Source: Candidatus Saccharimonadota bacterium | Lineage (GTDB): Bacteria; Pseudomonadota; Gammaproteobacteria; Enterobacterales; Enterobacteriaceae | Assembly: GCA_041942055.1 (NCBI GenBank) | Contig: CP145874.1 | Location: 30,001 to 62,000, forward strand | Direction: 5' to 3' | DNA: 32,000 bases | Shown: positions 20,241 through 30,145 of the stretch, piece by piece | How positions within the stretch are numbered: the first letter of the stretch is position 1 | Layout: each line of letters begins with the position of its first letter | Translations under genes and position numbers: made by a program | Notes under the pieces: model-generated | Databases searched by the model: none | Seen by the model: the letters and a program-made list of their open reading frames with translations, nothing else | Told to the model about the DNA's origin: nothing

Positions 20241-21785
20241 TTATTTATCTTGAATAAGATTAATTATATTTTTTTCACTTAATCCATAACTAGGATTAAT
20301 CTGAATAGATGCAGTAGTTCCCGCCTTTTTTTCTCTAGCAGTAACATTTAATAATCCATTTTCATCTACTTGAAAAATCACTTGAATACGTGCTTGACCA
20401 GCCGGTAATGCAGTAATACCTCGTAGATTAAAACGAGCTAGTGATCTACAATCCCCTACTTTTTCTCGTTCTCCTTGTACCACATGGATCATAATACTCT
20501 TCTGATTATCTGTTAAAGTTGTAAATTCCTGTGATTGAGTAGTAGGAATAGTTGTATTACGTGGAATAATTTTTTCTACTAATCCTCCTATAGTTTCTAT
20601 ACCTAAAGACAATGGTATAACATCCAATAACAAAATGTCTTGATATTGCTTATTACCTGCTAGTTTATCTGCATGAATGGCTGCACCTATCACCACTACT
20701 TTTTCAGGATCAATCGATGTTAATGGTTTTCTACCAAAAAATTCTTCTACTGTTTTACGTACTAGTGGCACTCTTGTTGATCCTCCCACCATAATAACTT
20801 GTGAGATATTTTCTAATCCAATATTTGCATCTTTCAAAGTACGACGGCACATTAATATAGTACGTTCTACTTTACTTTGTATAAGTTCTTCAAACTTCTC
20901 ACGTTTGATATGAAGATTGTATTCATCTAGACGAATAATAGTACTATTTTTATAACTCAAATCAATTTTGGCAATAATAGCAGCACTTAATATCTTTCGT
21001 TGCAACATCGGATTAAGATCTGTTTCTGCTAATCCAATTTGACAACTGATCCAATTTACTAATAACTGGTCAAAATCATCTCCGCCAAGAGTTGATATCC
21101 CTCCAGTAGCTAAAACTTCAAAAACGCTTTGTTTTAATAAGCGAAGAATAGAAATATCAAAAGTACCTCCACCTAAATCATAAACTGCAATTATTCCTTC
21201 TTGTCCAGAATCTAGACCATAAGCAATAGCCGCAGCTGTAGGTTCATGAAGTAATCTTAAAACTCGTAATCCAGATAACAAGGCAGCTTGTTGAATCTCT
21301 CGGCGTTGTGCCTCACTAAAATATGCTGGTATAGTAATCACAACTCCTGACAATAATTGATTAGGAAATTTGTTAGAAACACGTTGAACAAGTGTACTCA
21401 AAATATCACTGCAAACTTGAGCCAGACTAATTATACCTGCTGATGTATTTATTACTACTAATCCTTTTTCAGTTAATTGAAAATTATAAGGTAATTTTGG
21501 GTACTTGCTTATTATTTCTTCTAATGAATAACCTAAGAGCCGTTTGACTGAAATTATAGTATTAACCGGATCATGCAATGCATGTGTACGTGCTTTCCAA
21601 CCTACAATGGTTTTTTCCTGATTATAATGTACTACGGAAGGTAATAAAGGATGATTTTTTTCATCTAAAAATATTTCTACATTACCATTATATACACTGG
21701 CTACTAAAGAATATGTGGTTCCTAAATCGATTCCAATTGCTAATTTATTATCTTTTAGAGGATCAGTAATTTGTAATAATACCAT
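20241..21785 (-). CDS. hscA: Fe-S cluster assembly Hsp70 chaperone HscA, C-terminally short (no helical lid)
   Basis: 514-aa ORF with [31 protein letters not shown] and the substrate-binding beta-domain [14 protein letters not shown]. The alignment to E. coli HscA (616 aa) ends at ...[18 protein letters not shown]. Confidence 0.93.
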   Translation of the reverse strand: MVLLQITDPLKDNKLAIGIDLGTTYSLVASVYNGNVEIFLDEKNHPLLPSVVHYNQEKTIVGWKARTHALHDPVNTIISVKRLLGYSLEEIISKYPKLPYNFQLTEKGLVVINTSAGIISLAQVCSDILSTLVQRVSNKFPNQLLSGVVITIPAYFSEAQRREIQQAALLSGLRVLRLLHEPTAAAIAYGLDSGQEGIIAVYDLGGGTFDISILRLLKQSVFEVLATGGISTLGGDDFDQLLVNWISCQIGLAETDLNPMLQRKILSAAIIAKIDLSYKNSTIIRLDEYNLHIKREKFEELIQSKVERTILMCRRTLKDANIGLENISQVIMVGGSTRVPLVRKTVEEFFGRKPLTSIDPEKVVVIGAAIHADKLAGNKQYQDILLLDVIPLSLGIETIGGLVEKIIPRNTTIPTTQSQEFTTLTDNQKSIMIHVVQGEREKVGDCRSLARFNLRGITALPAGQARIQVIFQVDENGLLNVTAREKKAGTTASIQINPSYGLSEKNIINLIQDK

Positions 21786-21814
21786 GTGTTGTACTTTTAA
21801 AAAAATATCATTGG

Positions 21815-22366
21815 TTAAAAATTAAATAAACGATTCTCTAACTCATCCAGATGATGACGAAGTTTAGTTAAAAATTGGAGTTTTTGCACGGTTTTGACAG
21901 CTTCTTCCCATTTTTGATATTCCATTTGTTTTTCTATTTGTACAGTAAGTGTACTTACTAAAGTGTTAATTTTATTAATGAAATTATTTAAAGTCACTTC
22001 ATTAAGTTGCTGTTCAATTTTTTCACATTCTTCACGTAACTGTAATTGTTCGTTTAAAAAACTAAGATCTGTAATAGAAGATTCATTACCGATAATATCA
22101 AAACCATAAATAGAAAGTATATACACTGCTCGTGATAAAGGTTGACGTAATATTTGCCAAGCTTTATTTATGAAAGCACATCGCTCTAAACAAATTTTTT
22201 TTTCTATTGCAGATTTATTATTAATACAATGATCAGGATGAAATTGCTGTTGTAACTCATAACAACGCATAGCAAGTAATTTTTGATCAAGATCAAATTT
22301 CACTGGTAATCCAAAGAGATCAAAATAATTATTACTATAAAAATTAGTCAGGTTATCTACTAACAT
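21815..22366 (-). CDS. hscB: Fe-S cluster co-chaperone HscB (J-protein)
   Basis: The track ORF begins at GTG 22414, overlapping iscA. I prefer ATG 22366 ([21 protein letters not shown]...). The J-domain carries the HPD motif (QQFHPDH), and the C-terminal helical domain ends ...[11 protein letters not shown]. Confidence 0.9.
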   Translation of the reverse strand: MLVDNLTNFYSNNYFDLFGLPVKFDLDQKLLAMRCYELQQQFHPDHCINNKSAIEKKICLERCAFINKAWQILRQPLSRAVYILSIYGFDIIGNESSITDLSFLNEQLQLREECEKIEQQLNEVTLNNFINKINTLVSTLTVQIEKQMEYQKWEEAVKTVQKLQFLTKLRHHLDELENRLFNF

Positions 22367-22385
22367 AAATATTAGATTCCAACTA

Positions 22386-22709
22386 TTAAATACTAAAACT
22401 TTTACCACAACCACACTTATATTTTACATTTGGGTTGTTGAATTTAAAACCTTCGTTCAAACCTTCTCGGGTAAAATCTAATTCAGTACCATTTAAATAT
22501 AAAAAATCTTTTTTATTTATGAAAATCTTCAGGTCTTTTTCTTTCAGAAGAATATCATCTTCTTTTAATTCATCTACAAACTCCATAACATAAGCCAAAC
22601 CCGTACAACCAGAAGTACGAACTCCTAAACGTATACCGAATCCTTTTCCTCTTTTACTTAATAAATAGCGAATTTGTATAACGGCACTTTCAGTTAAAGT
22701 AATGGACAT
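22386..22709 (-). CDS. iscA: Fe-S cluster A-type carrier IscA
   Basis: 107-aa ORF with GVRTSGCTG and the C-terminal CGCGKSF cluster ligands. Confidence 0.95.
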   Translation of the reverse strand: MSITLTESAVIQIRYLLSKRGKGFGIRLGVRTSGCTGLAYVMEFVDELKEDDILLKEKDLKIFINKKDFLYLNGTELDFTREGLNEGFKFNNPNVKYKCGCGKSFSI

Positions 22710-22726
22710 TATTTCACCGGAACTTT

Positions 22727-23110
22727 TTATTTGCTTTTTTTATTTTTATAATCCGCAATGGCTGCTTTAATTGCATCTTCAGCTAAAATAGAGCAATGAA
22801 TTTTAACCGGTGGTAACTCTAACTCTTGCGCAATATGAATATTTTTAATCAATTCAGCTTCGTCCAAAGACTTTCCTTTTACCAATTCTGTAACCAATGA
22901 ACTAGAAGCTATAGCAGAACCACATCCATAAGTTTTAAATCGTGCATCTTTAATAATACCATTCTTATCTACTTTAATTTGTAATTTCATTACATCACCA
23001 CAAGCTGGTGCACCAACCATACCACTTCCAACCGAAGAATCTGAACTATCAAATGATCCAACATTACGAGGATTTTCATAATGATCAATAACTTTTTTGC
23101 TATAAGCCAT
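22727..23110 (-). CDS. iscU: Fe-S cluster scaffold IscU
   Basis: 127-aa ORF beginning MAYSKKVIDHYENPRNVG, with GAPACGDVM, TYGCGSAIASSS and the LPPVKIHCS motif recognised by HscA. Confidence 0.97.
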   Translation of the reverse strand: MAYSKKVIDHYENPRNVGSFDSSDSSVGSGMVGAPACGDVMKLQIKVDKNGIIKDARFKTYGCGSAIASSSLVTELVKGKSLDEAELIKNIHIAQELELPPVKIHCSILAEDAIKAAIADYKNKKSK

Positions 23111-23157
23111 ATATCTACCTTCCTTTACTATTCGATTGATTATGTATGATAGATCTT

Positions 23158-24372
23158 TTAATTACAGATCCAGTTAATACTATTAATATCTATTCCTTTT
23201 TTATACATTTCCCATAAAGGAGACAGTTCTCGTAAACGATCAATAGATTTAGATACTAAATCTATTGTATAATCGATTTCCTCTGTCGTAGTAAAACGTC
23301 CTAGAGAAAAACGAATAGAACTATGCGCTAACTCGTCATTTATTCCTAATGCTCTAAGCACATACGAAGGTTCTAAACTAGCGGAAGTACAAGCAGAACC
23401 TGAAGATACTGCTAAATCTTTCAGCGCCATAATTAATGATTCACCTTCTATATAATTAAAGCTAACATTTAATATATTAGGTATACTATGTTCAATAGTA
23501 CTATTTAAATAAACTTCTTCAATATTTTTTATTCCATTCCAGAGTATATTACGTAATTTACTTAAACGCTCCATTTCACTAGTCATAGTTTCTTTGGCAA
23601 TACGACATGCTTCACCCATCCCCACAATTTGATGTACTGGCAAAGTTCCAGATCTTAATCCCCGTTCATGACCCCCCCCATGTATTTGAGCTTCTAAACG
23701 AACGCGAGGTTTACGACGTACATATAAAACTCCAATTCCTTTTGGACCATAAATTTTATGTGCAGAAAAAGATAATAAATCTATTTTTAAATTCGCTAAA
23801 TTAATAGGCAACTTTCCCACACTTTGAGTAGCATCAACATGATAAAAAATATTATTTTGACGACAAAATTCACCAATCTTACTAATATCTTGAATAACGC
23901 CTATTTCATTATTAACATGCATAATTGATACGAGAATCGTATTCGGTCGTATTTCTGCTTCTAATTGTTTTAAATCAATGATTCCATTATTTAATGGGGA
24001 TAAATAAGTCACCATAAAACCTTCACGTTCTAATTGACGACAGGTATCTAATACAGCTTTATGTTCTATTTTACTCGTAATAATATGGTTACCGTTTTTT
24101 TTATAAAAATTCGCTATCCCTTTGATTGCAAGGTTATTTGATTCAGTTGCTCCTGAAGTAAAAATTATTTCCCGAGAATCTGATCCAATTAAATCTGCAA
24201 TTTGATTACGGGCTATATCTACAGCTTCTTCAGCTTGCCATCCAAAACGATGCGAACGAGAAGCTGGATTACCAAAAATCCCTTCGGGACTCATATAAAG
24301 TATCATTTTTTTCATCACCCGGGGATCAATTGGTGTTGTTGCTGAATAATCCAAATAAATTGGTAATTTCAT
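23158..24372 (-). CDS. iscS: Cysteine desulfurase IscS
   Basis: 404-aa ORF beginning [14 protein letters not shown], with the PLP-lysine [14 protein letters not shown] and the active-site loop [17 protein letters not shown]. Confidence 0.97.
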   Translation of the reverse strand: MKLPIYLDYSATTPIDPRVMKKMILYMSPEGIFGNPASRSHRFGWQAEEAVDIARNQIADLIGSDSREIIFTSGATESNNLAIKGIANFYKKNGNHIITSKIEHKAVLDTCRQLEREGFMVTYLSPLNNGIIDLKQLEAEIRPNTILVSIMHVNNEIGVIQDISKIGEFCRQNNIFYHVDATQSVGKLPINLANLKIDLLSFSAHKIYGPKGIGVLYVRRKPRVRLEAQIHGGGHERGLRSGTLPVHQIVGMGEACRIAKETMTSEMERLSKLRNILWNGIKNIEEVYLNSTIEHSIPNILNVSFNYIEGESLIMALKDLAVSSGSACTSASLEPSYVLRALGINDELAHSSIRFSLGRFTTTEEIDYTIDLVSKSIDRLRELSPLWEMYKKGIDINSINWICN

Positions 24373-24420
24373 TCAAAAACTCCGTTACCGTTATCAACTT
24401 TAACTAAGTTTTTATCGATT

Positions 24421-24873
24421 TCACTTACTCATTGATGTTAATTGTGATAAATTACTATTTTTATGAATTTGGTGAACATTGTTAACTAATTCAGCTAAAG
24501 TAATATTTTTTATAAATTCATGGATACAATTATTGATATCAGTCCATAAATTATGAGTTAAACAAAGATATCCATTTTTACAGCTGCTTTTTCCTCTACA
24601 TTTAGTTGCATCTATTGACTCGTTAACAGCCTTCATTATTGAACTAATAGTAATCTCACTTACTTCTTTACCTAAAAGATAACCTCCACCAGGGCCACGA
24701 ATACTAAAGACTAATTTCTTTTTACACAAAAGAGCAAATATTTGTTCTAAATAATAAACAGATATTCCTTGACGCTCAGAAATTTTCGCTAAAGAAACTG
24801 GATTTCCATGTGAATGCATTGCAACATCAAGGAGAGCTGTTACTGCATAACGACCTTTAGATGTTAGTCTCAT
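24421..24873 (-). CDS. iscR: Fe-S cluster-sensing transcriptional regulator IscR (Rrf2 family)
   Basis: Homology starts at [18 protein letters not shown] (ATG 24873). The track ORF begins at TTG 24885. A winged-HTH domain is present, together with three cysteines spaced [13 protein letters not shown] that match the IscR cluster ligands. Confidence 0.93.
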   Translation of the reverse strand: MRLTSKGRYAVTALLDVAMHSHGNPVSLAKISERQGISVYYLEQIFALLCKKKLVFSIRGPGGGYLLGKEVSEITISSIMKAVNESIDATKCRGKSSCKNGYLCLTHNLWTDINNCIHEFIKNITLAELVNNVHQIHKNSNLSQLTSMSK

Positions 24874-24937
24874 TTTTTTTAACAATTACCTAAAAAAGAT
24901 TTTGTACATTATAGGTGATTACATAGATAAATGTGTC

Positions 24938-24962
24938 ATAGTTGACTAAAATAGTCAACATT
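24938..24962. promoter_or_regulatory. Type-1 IscR operator in the iscR promoter region
   Basis: ATAGTTGACTAAAATAGTCAACATT matches the type-1 IscR motif ATASYYGACTRWWWYAGTCRRSTAT at 23 of 25 positions and contains a perfect 8-bp inverted repeat, GTTGACTA-N3-TAGTCAAC. It lies 65-89 nt upstream of the iscR ATG. A TATAAT hexamer on the minus strand (24908-24913) lies between the site and the gene. Confidence 0.6.
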
Positions 24963-25312
24963 AGATTTAATCTTTATAAAAAATTTATACCTTTTACTAT
25001 TACCATATTAATACGTATGTCAGGTTAGAACGAAATAGCTGTGGTTTTTATTATGACTTTATACGTAAGAAATTCTTTACTACTTGCTGTACCAGGAGAG
25101 GTAACTATCGGGTTATTGTCTTCGTAGTAATGTAATAAGAATAAGACCTTAAGATAAAAAAGATTTTTTTTAGGTAAGGTATAATCACTTCACACTTGAT
25201 GATTTTATGTCACAGCTGAACGGTTTGATTGTGATTTAATATGCTTATTATACTTATATTATAAATTATTAAGACGTGAATATGGTGGCATGGTTATAAA
25301 AAATAATTAATA

Positions 25313-26566
25313 TTAACCATATATGGGATATTTAGCACAAAGAGACAATATTTCTTCCTTAACTCTTTTAACTGTATGTAAATCATTTATATTATTAAGA
25401 ATCTCGCAAATCCATTCGGCAATTTTTTGAACTTGTGTTTCTTTTAAACCCCGACGAGTAATTGCAGCCGATCCGATACGAATACCAGATGTAATGAATG
25501 CACTTTTAGGATCATCAGGTATATTATTTTTATTTACTATAATATTAGCTTGATTCAAAATACTATTCGCTTCTTTACCAGTAATATTTTTGTTACGTAA
25601 ATCAATTAAAAACATATGATTTAATGTACGACCTCCTACAACCCTATAATTTCTCTTTAAAAATACTTCAACCATTGCTTGTGCATTCTTTATTACTTGA
25701 TGTTGATATTTTCGAAATTCTGGTTCCATGGCTTCCTTAAAGGCAATGGCTTTACCTGCAATAATATGCATCAATGGACCACCTTGTTGTCCAGGAAATA
25801 CTGCTGAATTAATTTTTTGATATAAATCCTTATTACCTCCTTGTGCTAATATTAATCCACCTCGAGGTCCACCAAGAGTCTTATGTGTAGTAGTGGTTAC
25901 GACATGTGCGTATTGTAAAGGACTCGGATAAACTCCGGCCGCAACTAATCCAGCTATGTGAGACATATCTACTAATAAAAATGCTTTAACACTATCACTA
26001 ATATTACGCATCTTAATCCAATCAGCTCTTCCTGACCAAGCTGAAAAACCTCCAATGATCATCTTAGGTTTAAAATATTTGGCTAAATCCTCTAATTGAT
26101 AATAATCAATATCTCCTTCGGAATTAGTTCCGTAATGTACAACCTTATAATTTTTACCCGAAAAATTAGATGAACATCCATGAGTTAAATGACCCCCATG
26201 AGTTAGATTCATACTTAGAATCATATCTCCAGGTTGGAGTAAAGCATGATAAACGGCAAAATTAGCTTGAGAACCAGAATGTGGTTGCACATTAGCATAA
26301 TCTGCCTTAAATAAAACTTTAGCTCGATTAATTGCTAACTGCTCTATCATATCTACATATTCACAACCACCATAATATCTTTTACCTGGATAACCTTCAG
26401 CATATTTATTAGTTAATTCTGACCCTTGCGCTTGCATAACACTAAAACTAGCATAGTTCTCAGAAGCAATTAAGTTAATGCTATTTTCCTGCCTTAATTT
26501 TTCTTCTTGTAAAACTAACCAGATTTCTGGATCATAATCAGCAATTTTTATTTGATCTTTTATCAT
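25313..26566 (-). CDS. glyA: Serine hydroxymethyltransferase GlyA
   Basis: 417-aa ORF with [21 protein letters not shown] and the PLP site [16 protein letters not shown]. It is the same length as E. coli GlyA. Confidence 0.97.
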   Translation of the reverse strand: MIKDQIKIADYDPEIWLVLQEEKLRQENSINLIASENYASFSVMQAQGSELTNKYAEGYPGKRYYGGCEYVDMIEQLAINRAKVLFKADYANVQPHSGSQANFAVYHALLQPGDMILSMNLTHGGHLTHGCSSNFSGKNYKVVHYGTNSEGDIDYYQLEDLAKYFKPKMIIGGFSAWSGRADWIKMRNISDSVKAFLLVDMSHIAGLVAAGVYPSPLQYAHVVTTTTHKTLGGPRGGLILAQGGNKDLYQKINSAVFPGQQGGPLMHIIAGKAIAFKEAMEPEFRKYQHQVIKNAQAMVEVFLKRNYRVVGGRTLNHMFLIDLRNKNITGKEANSILNQANIIVNKNNIPDDPKSAFITSGIRIGSAAITRRGLKETQVQKIAEWICEILNNINDLHTVKRVKEEILSLCAKYPIYG

Positions 26567-26598
26567 TATAAGGTAAATCTGAAATTAGAAAAAAACTT

Positions 26599-27048
26599 CT
26601 ATTGTTTATTACGTCGATTTTTAAAAAAATTTTTCAATAAATTAGCACAATCAACGTTAAGAATGTTTCCAGTGATTTTGACTTGATGATTGAAAAAAGT
26701 TTTTTTCAATAAAACACTGGAAGTTCCAAATGTATGATCATTGGCTCCAAAAACTAAATGTTTAATGCGACTATGTACAATTGCACCTACACACATTATA
26801 CAAGGTTCGAGTGTAACATAAAGGGTAGTATTAAGTAACCTATAATTTTTTAAGGCTATTCCAGCTCTACGTAATGCTAAAATTTCAGCATGACCAGTAG
26901 GATCATGACTATTAATGGAACAATTCCAACCTTCACCAATGATTTGATTTGAACGAACTAAAACTGCTCCTACTGGTACTTCACCTACTTGCAATGCATA
27001 ATTAGCTAATTTTAAAGCATATCTCATCCAATATTCATTCTCTGCCAT
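26599..27048 (-). CDS. tadA: tRNA-specific adenosine(34) deaminase TadA
   Basis: 149-aa ORF with the cytidine/deoxycytidylate deaminase zinc motifs HAEILALR and PCIMCVGA. It lies 32 nt upstream of glyA on the same strand. Confidence 0.9.
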   Translation of the reverse strand: MAENEYWMRYALKLANYALQVGEVPVGAVLVRSNQIIGEGWNCSINSHDPTGHAEILALRRAGIALKNYRLLNTTLYVTLEPCIMCVGAIVHSRIKHLVFGANDHTFGTSSVLLKKTFFNHQVKITGNILNVDCANLLKNFFKNRRNKQ

Positions 27049-27139
27049 TATAAATCACTGTTAATGAAACAAGAATTTTAAAATAATATACTAAATCATC
27101 TTTCTATTTCCTAGATTTATCTTCTCTAGATCAATTAAA

Positions 27140-27169
27140 TTGCCATTATGAATGATAAAATGATATAAT
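27140..27169 (+). promoter_or_regulatory. Candidate gyrA promoter (-35 TTGCCA, 18-bp spacer, extended -10 TGaTATAAT)
   Basis: TTGCCA lies at 27140-27145 and TG-a-TATAAT at 27161-27169, about 55 nt upstream of the gyrA ATG. GAGGA at 27208-27212 is the likely Shine-Dalgarno sequence. The call is by sequence pattern only, and in AT-rich DNA such hexamers can arise by chance. Confidence 0.4.
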
Positions 27170-27223
27170 TTATGAGGTTTTTAAAAAGAAGCTTTCAGAT
27201 AAATACAGAGGAATAATAGCTCT

Positions 27224-29779
27224 ATGAGCGACTTTGCCAGCGGTAGTGAAATTGTACCAATTGATCTTGAAGAAGAACTTGAACATTCATATTTAGATTA
27301 TGCTATGTCTGTTATTGTTGGACGAGCATTACCAGATATTAGAGATGGACTTAAACCTGTACATCGTCGTGTGCTTTATGCTATGCATATACTTGGTAAT
27401 AATTGGAATAAACCATATAAAAAGTCTGCTCGAATAGTAGGTGACGTTATTGGAAAATATCATCCTCATGGAGATATGGCAGTATATGATGCTCTCGTTA
27501 GGATGGCACAATCCTTTTCTCTGCGTTATATATTAGTTGATGGTCAAGGTAATTTTGGATCAATTGATGGAGATCCTGCTGCTGCCATGCGTTATACAGA
27601 AGTACGTATGACAAAAATTGCCCATGAACTTTTAGCAGATTTAGAAAAAGAAACCGTTAAATTTGTACTTAACTACGATGGAAACGAACATATTCCAGAA
27701 GTATTTCCAACCAAAATTCCAAATTTATTAATAAATGGTTGTTCTGGCATTGCTGTAGGAATGGCTACTAATATTCCACCTCATAATTTAAGTGAAATTA
27801 TTAATGGGTGTTTAGCTTATATTGATAACAATCATATTGGTATCAAAGAGTTGATGAAATATATTCCGGGTCCGGATTTTCCTACTGCGGCAATTATTAA
27901 TGGTACCAATGGTATTGAAGAAGCATATAATACGGGACGCGGTCAAATTACTTTGAGAGCGCGCTGTAAAATAGAACCAGATCCTAAAACTGGACGTGAA
28001 ACTATCATTTGTTATGAAATTCCTTATCAAGTAAATAAAGCTCGTCTAATAGAAAAAATTGCAGAGTTAATTAAAGAAAAACGTATTGAAGGTATTAATA
28101 CATTGCGTGACGAATCCGACAAAGATGGTACACGAATTTTTATTGAAATTAAACGTGACTTCATTGGAGAAATTGTATTGAATCATCTTTATAATTTAAC
28201 TCCATTACAAATTTCTTTTAATATTAATATGGTAGCTTTACATGATGGTAAACCACAACTTCTTAGTTTAAAAGATATGATAACCGCTTTTATTCATCAT
28301 AGACGTGAAGTAGTTATACGTCGGACTATTTACGATTTAAATAAAACCCGCAATACTGCTCATATTTTAGAAGGTTTAGCTATTGCCTTAGTGAATATCG
28401 ATCAAGTGATAGAAATCATTCGCAATAGCAAAAATGTTATAGAAGCTAAATCTATACTTTTATCACAGTCTTGGGAGGTACCTGATCTTCCTATCATTAT
28501 AGAAAATTCTTGTAAAATTCCATCTAATAATATTAATAGCAATGAATCCAAAATTAATGAAAATAAATATTATTTTTCAAAACAACAAACCCAAGCAATC
28601 TTAGATTTAAGATTAAATAAACTTACTAGTTTAGAACATAAAAATTTACTAGATGAATATAATGATCTGTTGAAAAAAATCCAACAGTTGTCTCATATTC
28701 TTAAAAATTCTGAACAGCTAATGAAAGTTATTTCTAAAGAATTAATTGAAATTCGTGATCAGTTTGATGACGAACGTCGTACTGAAATTATCAGACAAAC
28801 TGTTGATATCGATCTTCAAGATCTTATTAATAATGTACCTGTAGTAGTAACTTTATCACATCTAGGATATGTCAAATATCAACCATTATCAGAGTATGAA
28901 GCCCAACATCGAGGGGGAAAAGGCAAATCAGCTACTCGTATAAAAAAAGGACAAGATTATATAGAACGATTATTAGTTGCAAATAGTCATGATTCTATTC
29001 TATGTTTCTCTAGTATTGGTAGATTATACTGGCTCAAAGTATATCAATTACCGGAAGCCACTCGGGGTGCCAAAGGTCGTCCAATAGTAAATATTTTGCC
29101 CTTAATTTCTAATGAGAGAATTACCGCTATTCTTCCAGTTCATGATAATCTCTATGGAAAACATGTTTTTATGGCTACTGCAAAGGGTTTAGTCAAAAAA
29201 ACTCCTTTAACTGAATTTAAAAAATCTAGAAATACTGGTATTATTGCTATCAATTTAAATCCAGATGATGAACTTATAGGAGTAAATTTCACTACTGGAA
29301 CTAATGATGTTATGTTATTTACCGCTGTCGGTAAAGTAGTACGTTTTCCCGAACAATCAGTACGATCAATGGGTCGAACATCTACTGGAGTACGTGGTAT
29401 TAAGATATCTTCCGGGGATCGAGTAGTTTCATTAATTATTCCACAGGATAATGGACAAATACTAACAGTTACTAAAAATGGATATGGAAAAAGAACAGCT
29501 ATTGATGAATACCCGGTGAAGTCAAGGGCTACACAGGGTGTCATTTCTATAAAAGTTACTAAGCGTAATGGTAGTGTAGTGGGTGCAGTTCAAGTTGATA
29601 GCTGTGATGAAATTATGATAATAACAGATGCGGGAACTTTAGTTCGTACTAGAGTCGCAGAAGTAAGTATTGTAGCACGTAATACTCAAGGTGTAGTTTT
29701 GATACGTACTTCACTAAATGAACATGTCGTTGGATTACAACGAATAGTTGAACCGACTAGTAGAGAGAATCAGTTATAA
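27224..29779 (+). CDS. gyrA: DNA gyrase subunit A
   Basis: 851-aa ORF with [17 protein letters not shown], the catalytic AAMRYTE tyrosine, the [17 protein letters not shown], the GyrA box QHRGGKGK and the beta-pinwheel C-terminal domain. Confidence 0.98.
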   Translation: MSDFASGSEIVPIDLEEELEHSYLDYAMSVIVGRALPDIRDGLKPVHRRVLYAMHILGNNWNKPYKKSARIVGDVIGKYHPHGDMAVYDALVRMAQSFSLRYILVDGQGNFGSIDGDPAAAMRYTEVRMTKIAHELLADLEKETVKFVLNYDGNEHIPEVFPTKIPNLLINGCSGIAVGMATNIPPHNLSEIINGCLAYIDNNHIGIKELMKYIPGPDFPTAAIINGTNGIEEAYNTGRGQITLRARCKIEPDPKTGRETIICYEIPYQVNKARLIEKIAELIKEKRIEGINTLRDESDKDGTRIFIEIKRDFIGEIVLNHLYNLTPLQISFNINMVALHDGKPQLLSLKDMITAFIHHRREVVIRRTIYDLNKTRNTAHILEGLAIALVNIDQVIEIIRNSKNVIEAKSILLSQSWEVPDLPIIIENSCKIPSNNINSNESKINENKYYFSKQQTQAILDLRLNKLTSLEHKNLLDEYNDLLKKIQQLSHILKNSEQLMKVISKELIEIRDQFDDERRTEIIRQTVDIDLQDLINNVPVVVTLSHLGYVKYQPLSEYEAQHRGGKGKSATRIKKGQDYIERLLVANSHDSILCFSSIGRLYWLKVYQLPEATRGAKGRPIVNILPLISNERITAILPVHDNLYGKHVFMATAKGLVKKTPLTEFKKSRNTGIIAINLNPDDELIGVNFTTGTNDVMLFTAVGKVVRFPEQSVRSMGRTSTGVRGIKISSGDRVVSLIIPQDNGQILTVTKNGYGKRTAIDEYPVKSRATQGVISIKVTKRNGSVVGAVQVDSCDEIMIITDAGTLVRTRVAEVSIVARNTQGVVLIRTSLNEHVVGLQRIVEPTSRENQL

Positions 29780-29790
29780 AACTAATCCCT

Positions 29791-30117
29791 ATGAAGAATG
29801 ATAATCAAGCTATTATTATATTATGTACGGTACCTAATGAAGAATGGGCACTAAAATTATCGAATAAATTATTATCAAGAAAAATTGCTGCTTGTATAAC
29901 ATATTGGCTAAATGCTAAATCTTTATATTATTGGAAGGACAAAATTCAAAATACTACTGAAGTTCAAATGTTAATAAAAAGTAACTATTTACATGAAAAA
30001 GAATTATTACAAGTTATCAAAAATACGCATCCATATCAAATACCCGAAATATTAGTTTTACCTATAATACATGGTAATGAACAATATCTATCATGGATAT
30101 CTCAATCATTAATCTAA
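29791..30117 (+). CDS. cutA: Divalent-cation tolerance protein CutA
   Basis: 108-aa ORF containing IILCTVPNEEWALKLSNKLLSRKIAACIT...YWWKDKI...HPYQIPEILVLPI, which matches the CutA1 family pattern and size. It starts 11 nt after gyrA. Confidence 0.85.
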   Translation: MKNDNQAIIILCTVPNEEWALKLSNKLLSRKIAACITYWLNAKSLYYWKDKIQNTTEVQMLIKSNYLHEKELLQVIKNTHPYQIPEILVLPIIHGNEQYLSWISQSLI

Positions 30118-30145
30118 TCACTAATAACAGTTGTTGTGAAAAATT

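Noticed and set aside
25053-25127. 24-codon ORF (MTLYVRNSLLLAVPGEVTIGLLSS) on the plus strand inside the glyA|iscR spacer.
   Set aside because: It has no Shine-Dalgarno sequence and no recognisable similarity, and it is oriented against both neighbouring transcription units. It is more likely part of an eroded remnant, and it is covered by the spacer finding.
25313-25340. GGTTA...TAACC inverted repeat overlapping the glyA stop codon, considered as a terminator.
   Set aside because: It has only a 5-bp A/T-rich stem with a 17-nt loop, which is not thermodynamically credible.
27049-27223. Strand switch at tadA(-)|gyrA(+), and DnaA-box-like TGTGATTAA at 3612-3620, considered as hints of a replication origin.
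   Set aside because: There is no cluster of DnaA boxes, no AT-rich 13-mer repeats and no origin-linked genes (dnaA, dnaN, mnmG). The gene orientation elsewhere in the window is mixed. GC-skew cannot be evaluated reliably by eye on 32 kb.
29152-29544. 130-aa ORF antisense to gyrA. Similar nested or antisense track ORFs lie at 936-1121, 1454-1672, 2515-2697, 3349-3552, 4844-5056, 5693-5944, 8635-8823, 11194-11400, 11330-11521, 16582-16788, 17296-17571, 18682-18972, 20677-20913, 21578-21769, 23607-23804, 27329-27511 and 27812-28030.
   Set aside because: All lie entirely within, or largely overlap, strongly conserved genes on the other strand or in another frame. They have no recognisable motifs or Shine-Dalgarno sequences and have odd composition. 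Long antisense ORFs are expected in the more GC-rich conserved parts of genes. I treat them as spurious.
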